Assembly (NCBI RefSeq): GCF_009914755.1 | Contig: NC_060929.1 | Length of the DNA stretch: 64,000 nt | Reading direction: 5' to 3' (one strand) | From: the human T2T-CHM13v2.0 reference genome, Homo sapiens | Shown here: positions 57,035 to 64,000 of the stretch, one piece after another | Layout of the letters: each line of letters opens with the position of its first letter | How positions within the stretch are numbered: the stretch's first letter is position 1 | Notes under the pieces: model-generated | The model's input: only the letters and a program-made list of their open reading frames with translations | What the model was told of the DNA's origin: nothing | Database searches by the model: none | Position numbers and translations under genes: made by a program

Positions 57035-58800
57035 TTGGCGACCGATCATGCACCCCTTACCATCTCATTAAAACCTAATCACCCTTACCCCACTCAAAGC
57101 CAATATCCCATCCCGCAGCATGCTTTAAAAAGATTAAAGCCTGTTATCACTTGCCTGCTACAGCATGGCCTTTTAAAGCCTGTAAACTCTCCTTACCATT
57201 CCCCCATTTTACCTGTCCTAGAATCAGACAAGCCTTACAAGTTAGTTCAGGATCTTCGCCTTATCAACCAAATTGTTTTGCTTATCCACCCCGTGGTGCC
57301 AAACCCATATACTCTCCTATCCTCAATACCTGCCTCTACAACCCATTATTCTGTTCTAGATCTCAAACATGCTTTCTTTACTATTCCTTTGCACCCTTAA
57401 TCCCAGCCTCTCTTCACTTTCACTTGGACTGGCCCTGACACCCATCAAGCTCAGCAAATTACCTAGGCTGTACTGTTGCAAAGCTTCACAGACAGCCCCC
57501 ATTACTTCAATCAAGCCCAAATTTCTTCCTCATCTGTTACCTATCTCAGCATAATTCTCATAAAAACACACATGCTCTCCCTGCCAATCATGTCTGACTG
57601 ATCTCTCAAACCCCAGCACCTTCTACAAAACAACAACTCCTTTCCTTCCTAGGCATGGTTAGCGTGGTCAGAATTCTTACACAAGAGCCAGGACCACACC
57701 CTGTAGCTTTTCTGTCCAAATAACTTGACCTTACTGTTTTAGCCTAGCCCTCATGTCTGCGTGCAGCGGCTGCTGCTGCATTAAGACTTTTAGAGGCCCT
57801 CAAAATCACAAACTATGCTCAACTCACTCTCTACAGTTCTCATAACTTCCAAAATCTATTTTCTTCCTCACACCTGACGCATATACTTTCTGCTTCCCGG
57901 CTCCTTCAGCTATACTCACTCTTTGTTGAGTCTCCCACAATTACCGTTGTTCCTGGCCCAGACTTCAATCTGGCCTCCCACATTATTCCTGATACCACAC
58001 CTGACCCCCATGACTGTATCTCTCTGATCCACCTGACATTCACCCCATTTCCCCAAATTTCCTTCTTTCCTGTTCCTCACCCTGATCATGCTTGATTTAT
58101 TGATGGTGGTTCCACCAGGCCTAATCGCCACACACCAGCAAAGGCAGGTTATACTATAGTACAAGCCACTAGCCCGCCTCTTAGAACCTCTCATTTCCTT
58201 TCCATCGTGGAAATCTATCCTCAAGGAAATAACTTCTCAGTGTTCCATCTGCTATTCTATTACTCCTCAGGGATTATTCAGGCCCCCTCCCTTCCCTACA
58301 CATCAAGCTCGAGGATTTGCCCCACCCAGAACTGGCAAATTAGCTTTACTCAACATGCCCTGAGTCAGATAACTAAAATACCTCTTAGTCTAGATAGATA
58401 CTTTCACTGGATAGGTAGAGGCCTTTCCTACAGGGTCTGAGAAGGCCACCGCAGTCATTTCTTCCATTCTGTCAGACATAATTCCTCAGTTTAGTCTTCC
58501 CACCTCAATACAGTCTGATAACAGATGAGCCTTTATTAGTCAAATCAGCCAAGCAGTTTTTCAGGCTCTTAGTATTCAGTGAAACCTTTATATCCCTTAC
58601 GGTCCTCCATCTTCAAGAAAAGTAGAATGGACTAAAGGTCTTTTAAAAACACACCTCACCAAGCTCAGCCACCAAAAAGGACTGGACAATACTTTCACCA
58701 CTTTCCCTTCTCAGAATTCAGGCCTGTCCTCGGAATGCTACAGGGTACATCCCATTTAAGCTCCTGTATAGACGCTCCTTTTTATTAGGCCCCAGTCTCA
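57035..58800 (+). pseudogene. pol: HERV-H pol remnants (RT N-terminal half, RNase H and integrase pieces)
   Basis: SPYHSPILPV..VQDLRLINQIV..YSVLDLKHAFFTIPLHP; FIDGGS-like at ~58096; IQSDN (ATACAGTCTGATAAC) at ~58508; stops and deletions. Confidence 0.85.
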
Positions 58801-59393
58801 TTCCAGACACCAGACCAACTTAGACTGTGCCCCAGAAAACTTGTCATCCCTACTATCTTCTGTCTAGTCATACTCCTATTCACCGTTCTCAACTACTCAT
58901 ACATGCCCTGCTCTTGTTTACACTGTTTTTCCAAGCCATCACAGCTGATATCTCCTGGTGCTATCCCCAAACTGCCACTCTTAACTCTTGAAGTAAATAA
59001 ATAATCTTTGCTGTCAGGACTATGCTGAATCTCCTTAGGCACTCTCTAATCAGATATCCTGAGTTGTCCCAATTCTTAGACCTTTTATACCTGTTTTTCT
59101 CCTTCTGTTATTCCATTTAGTTTTTCAATTCATACAAAACCGTATCCAGGCCATCACCAATCATTCTATACGACGAATGTTTCTTCTAACAACCCCAAAA
59201 TATCACCCCTTACCACAAGATCTCCCTTCAGCTTAATCTCTCCCACTCTAAGTTCCCACGCCGCCCCTAATCCCGCTTGAAACAGCCCTGAGAAACATCG
59301 TCCATTTTCTCTCCATACCACCCCCCAAAAATTTTTGCCGCCCCAACACTTCAACACTATTTTATTTTTCTTATTAATATAAGAAGGCAGGAA

Positions 59394-59845
59394 TGTCAGG
59401 CCTGTGAGCCCAAGCCAAGCCATCGCATCCCCTGTGACTTGCACCTATACGCCCAGATGGCCTGAAGTAACTGAAGAATCACAAAAGAAGTGAATATGCC
59501 CTGCCCCACCTTAACTGATGACATTCCACCACAAAAGAAGTGTAAATGGCTGGTCCTTGCCTTAAGTGATGACATTACCTTGTGAAAGTCCTTTTCCTGG
59601 CTCACCCTGGCTCAAAAAACACCCCCACTGAGCACCTTGCGACCCCCACTCCTGCCCGCCAGAGAACAAACCCCCTTTGACTGTAATTTTCCTTTACCTA
59701 CCCAAACCCTATAAAACGGCCCCACCCTTATCTCCCTTCGCTAACTCTCTTTTCAGACTCAGCCCGTCTGCACCCAGGTGAAATAAACAGCCATGTTGCT
59801 CACACAAGCCTGTTTGGTGGTCTCTTCACACGGACGTGCATGAAA
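59394..59845 (+). promoter_or_regulatory. LTR7 (3' LTR), LTR7up-like
   Basis: TGTCAGGCC...GCATGAAA, 452 bp; ~50-bp U3 tandem repeat with ACAAAAGA at 59481 and 59531; TATAAAA 59710-59716; AATAAA 59782-59787. Confidence 0.93.
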
Positions 59846-62166
59846 CTACTTATCAATAATAAGAATGAATGTAAATGAACTGAACTCGCTTATAAAAAGG
59901 CAGAGAGTGGCTGAAGGGGCTGAATGGTATTAAAAAAAAACAGACTCAATGATCTGCTGCCTATAACAAACACACTTCACCTATAAAGACATACATAGGC
60001 TGAAAAAAAGGTATGAAAAAGGTATTTCATGCCAATGAAAACCAAAAAAGAGCAGGAGTAGCTATACTTAATTCAGACAAAATATATTTCAAGACCAAAA
60101 CTATAAGAAGGGACAAATAAATGTTCTATATAATAATAATAAGATGTCAATTCAGGAAAAGTATATAACAATTTTAAATATATATGCACCCAACACTGGA
60201 GAACCCAGATATATAAAGAAAATAGAGGTAAAGAGAGAGACAGGCCCCAATACAGTAATATCTGGAGAATTCAGCACCCCACTTTCAGCATTGGACAGAT
60301 CTTCCAGACAGAAAACTAGGAAAGAAACATCAAATTTAATTCACACTATGCACCAAATTAATCTTTTACAGAACATCTCATTGAATGGCTGAAGAATACA
60401 TATTTTTTTCCCTCAACACATGGATCATTCTGAAGGATAGACCATCTGTTAGGTTGCAAAACAAGTCTTTAAACATTCAAAAAATTTGAAATAATATTAA
60501 GCATCTTCTCTGACCACAATAAAATAAAACAAGAAATCAATGACAAGAGGAATTTTGGAAACTATACACATACATGGAAATTAAACAATAAGCTACTGAA
60601 CGGCCAGTGGGTCAATGAAGAAATTAAAAAGAAAATTGAAAGATTGTTTGAAACAAATGATAATGGAAACACAATATACCAAAGCCTATGGGATATAGAA
60701 AAAACGGCACTAGGAGGGAAGTTTATAGCTATAAGTGCCTACATTAGAAAAGAAGAGAAACTTCAGATAAACAATCTAGCAATACATCTTAAAGAAATAG
60801 AAAAGGAAGACCAAACCAAACCTGAACTTAATAAAGGAAAAAATTAATAAAGATCGAAGTAGAAATAAATGAATATAAAATGAAGAAATCAATACAAAAG
60901 ATCAATAAAGCAAAAAATTGGCTTTTGAAAAAGTTAACAAAGATGACAAACTTTTAGCCCAACCAAGAAAAAAAGAAGATCCAAGTAAATAAAATTAGAG
61001 ATGAAAAAGGAGACATTACAACTGATACTGCAGAGAATCGAAGCATCATTAGTGGCTACTATGAGCAACTATATGCTAGTAAATTGGAAAATCCAGAAAA
61101 TATGGAAAAATTCTTAGACTCATACAGCCTACCAAGATTGAACCTGGAAGAAATCCAAAACCAGATCAGACCAATAGCAAGTAATGAGATTGAAGTCAGG
61201 AAAGAAATCCCAGGACCCAATGCCTTCACTGCTGAATTGTAGCAAACATTTAAAGAAGTAATAGCAATCCTACTGAAACTGTTTCGAAAAATAGAGGAGG
61301 AGGGAATGCTTCTCAACTCGTTGCACAAGGTCAGTATTACCCTGATACCAAACCAGACAAAGACACATCAAGAAAAGGAAACCACAGGCTAATATCTCTG
61401 ATGAATATTGATGCAAAAATCCTCAACAAAATACTAGCAAGCCAAATTCAAAAATACCTTAGAAAGATCATTCATCCTGACTCCGTGGGATTTATTCCAG
61501 GGATGCAAAGATGGTTCAACATACATAAATAAATCAATGAGATGCATCATATCAACAGAATGAACAAAAACCATATGATTATTTCAGTTGATACTGAAAA
61601 GGCATTTGATAAAATCCAACATCCTTTCATGATAAAAACCCTAAAACAACTGGGGGTAGAAGGAACACACCTCAACATAATAGAAGCCGTATATAACAGA
61701 CCCATAGCTAGTATCATACTGAATGGGGACAAAATGAAAACCTTACCTCTAAGATTGGGAATACAACAAGAATGCCCAGTCACCACTGTTATTCAACATG
61801 GTACTGGAAGTCCTAGCTAGAGCAATCAGGCCTAATAAAGATATAAAGGGCATCCAAATTAGTAGGGAAGAAGTCAAATTATTCTTGTTTGCAGATGACA
61901 TAATCTTATATCTGGAAAAACCTAAGGACTGCACAATGAAACTATTAGAACTGATGAACAAATTCAGTAAAGTTGCAGGATGCAAAATTGACACACAAAA
62001 ATCAGTAACATTTTTATACAACAACAGTGAACAATATGAAAAAGAAATTAAAAATAATCCCATTTACAATAGGCACACATGAAATTAAATAGCTAGTAAT
62101 TAACCAAAGAAGTGTAAGCTGTCTATAGTGAAAACTACAAAACACTGATGAAAGAAACTGAAGAGA

Positions 62167-62189
62167 ACACACACACACACACACACACA
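62167..62189. repeat. (AC)n microsatellite within L1 ORF2
   Basis: Direct inspection. Confidence 0.9.
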
Positions 62190-63184
62190 AAGAAAAAGTA
62201 TTTTATGTTCATGAATTGGAAGAGTCAATATTGTTAAAATGTCCATACTACCCAAAGCAGTCTACAGATTTAATTCAAGATACTATTCAATTTAATTTAG
62301 GCTTATATTATCAACCTGATAAAATATTGTCTCAAGGTTAAAAATACTATTGCTAAGTGGTTTTCAAAAATAAAGCATTTCAATCAATGCTTCATATTAA
62401 TTAGTAACAGACTGATAGTATCAACTGCTTTCATTTAAAAAAACTTTCTGTTGAAGGTGCCTTTGACTTTACAAAATGATACATGAACTCTTATTTGTGG
62501 TTTGCAATCTGAAAACCGAAACCTGTAGCATTCAATCAGTATTTATGTGGGAGCATTTTGTCCAGATACTTTAGTAGTACCAAGAAAAGAGAAAAATGAG
62601 ATTGACAAACTATGATTAGCACATGGTCCACCTAACCTTATAATAATGTCATCTCATTTCAGAATGGATTTTCTTATTTTAAAAAGGGGGAGGTACAAGA
62701 TACGTAGATGGACATATAGGGAGAAATAGGGAGGACCTCCAGAGCTTTCACCATCACTGGAGAGAAATCTTTTAGAATTCTTATCTTAAAATGCAGATCA
62801 TGTCATGAATGGGGAGGGGATGAAGAGGGCCAGCACAGAAGTGGTGGCCACAGTTGATGAAGCTGGGTCAAGTTTCAGCAGTCCCTAGGGACACATGGTG
62901 GTGTGAAGGGATCACAATGGCTTGGCCTTTGATATCACTGAGGAATAGAAAGTTTTTACAACTTCAGCGTGCAAGATTGTTTTTCTAATGATTAAGTGGA
63001 ACTCATACAATAATTAATGAGAGAGACAGATTCACTTTGATGTGGCAGAGGAATGTATCTTAATCACTGCTGTTTTTGTAGTCATCTCAAAGTGAATTTC
63101 CCACAGAAGGCTTTTAATTACTTCTACCATCAAGGGCCTAAAAACTTCCTACCAAAATTGTAGCAATAACATGGTGCATAATTT

Positions 63185-63305
63185 GAGTAACCCCCTCTCA
63201 TCTGTAAAACTTGCAACTTTAAAATGTGTGACCATCTTCAAACGTTGTTTTGAGGATGAATTAAATGAGACTATAAAGGGTACTCTAATGTACTGTATAA
63301 ATGAA
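63185..63305 (+). mobile_element. MIR fragment
   Basis: CTCATCTGTAAAA...GTTGTTTTGAGGATGAATTAAATGAGA. Confidence 0.6.
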
Positions 63306-64000
63306 AGAAAGAAGTAAGATAAATCTGCCTGTGTTACCAGTTCTTATATAAGTAAAGATAATAACCATATTTGGCTAAAATACTATTGCCGAATATCTTA
63401 TTTGCATTAATCTAATAGTAAAAGAGCCAATAAAATATAAAGGAACCTGCATTTTAGTACTGGAATTTTTTTTTATTTGGATTGAAAAATGTGTGGAAAA
63501 TGTTGTCTACTTTGTTACACCATTTCCTGATAGATTACATCAATGCTTCCTAGTGATGTACCCTACTGTGAAAACAAAACAAAACATAAGCAAAAAAAAA
63601 CTTTCACTAAGATTCATAGCATAAACTAACATTAAATTCAAAATTATTCATGTTGTCCCTTGGCATAGTGGCATACAAATACATAATGAGACTGATTCTA
63701 TGGATAAATAATGGAATATGCAAAATGGCTCTAGTTAGAAAAGTTCGTGGTAACTTTTATGGCTAATTCACTTTACGAGTTTCATCAGGGCATCCCTGCT
63801 AATTACACGGAATGTGTGCACCTATGTCGTGAGAATTAATTTGCTTAAGTTGTCTTTAATGAATAAAAACATTGCAAATTTTGTTAAGGCCTGTTTCTAC
63901 TACTTTTATTTAACATGTATCCTACAGAAATGTGTTTATTTTATCAGTTTCTCAAAATCTACTTTTGGCTTTGTTAATACTCTATATTAATTATATTTTT

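Larger units (their letters stand above)
54313..59845 (+). mobile_element. HERV-H provirus, deleted non-autonomous type, lacking the 5' LTR
   Basis: His PBS GTGCCGTGACTCGGAT; gag zinc knuckle, pro, RT and integrase remnants; PPT AAGAAGGCAGGAA 59381-59393; 3' LTR7; TSD CTACT 54308-54312 / 59846-59850. Confidence 0.96.
51001..62278 (+). mobile_element. Long old L1 (L1M1/L1M2/L1MA-type): 5'UTR, ORF1, inter-ORF spacer and ORF2 to beyond RT; split by HERV-H; 3' end missing
   Basis: ORF1 peptide 52932..53234 (EFKIALLR..NQAEILEMKN..RINQAEERIS); ORF2 start ATGGCGGAAGTAAGT at 54292; EN peptide ITILNIYAPNTG (60144..); RT peptides [13 protein letters not shown] and [13 protein letters not shown]; multiple stops. 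Confidence 0.92.

Noticed and set aside
56190-58800. Functional gag/pro/pol
   Set aside because: Protease active site reads NMEA, RT stops before any YxDD motif, there are many stops, and env is largely deleted.
54313-59845. HERV-H as an L1-mediated retrocopy like the MER21 element
   Set aside because: The 3' LTR is complete through U5, there is no poly(A), no 5' R-U5, and the TSD is 5 bp (integrase-type).
52932-62082. Retrotransposition-competent L1
   Set aside because: ORF1 and ORF2 are fragmented, interrupted by HERV-H, and the 3' end is missing.

Overview
AT-rich primate (very likely human) non-coding DNA, apparently gene desert or deep intron. I see no credible protein-coding exon, RNA gene or CRISPR array; the window is a mosaic of retroelements and DNA-transposon fossils, and nearly all listed ORFs are repeat-derived or chance. 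Subfamily names come from my recall of consensus sequences and need RepeatMasker/Dfam confirmation. Two structures stand out. (1) A HERV-H provirus (54313-59845) has no 5' LTR, starts at its tRNA-His primer-binding site, keeps a complete LTR7 at the 3' end and is still flanked by a perfect 5-bp target-site duplication (CTACT); it sits a few codons into ORF2 of an old L1. (2) A MER21-type ERV (23911-30502) has mRNA architecture (R-U5-PBS-internal-U3-R-poly(A)) with a 15-bp L1-type TSD, i.e. an L1-made retrocopy of a retroviral transcript, later invaded by a full THE1D provirus and an Alu. Also present: a hAT transposase C-terminal fossil, a MADE1 hairpin MITE, several solo LTRs with TSDs, Alus, L1, L2, MIR and microsatellites.
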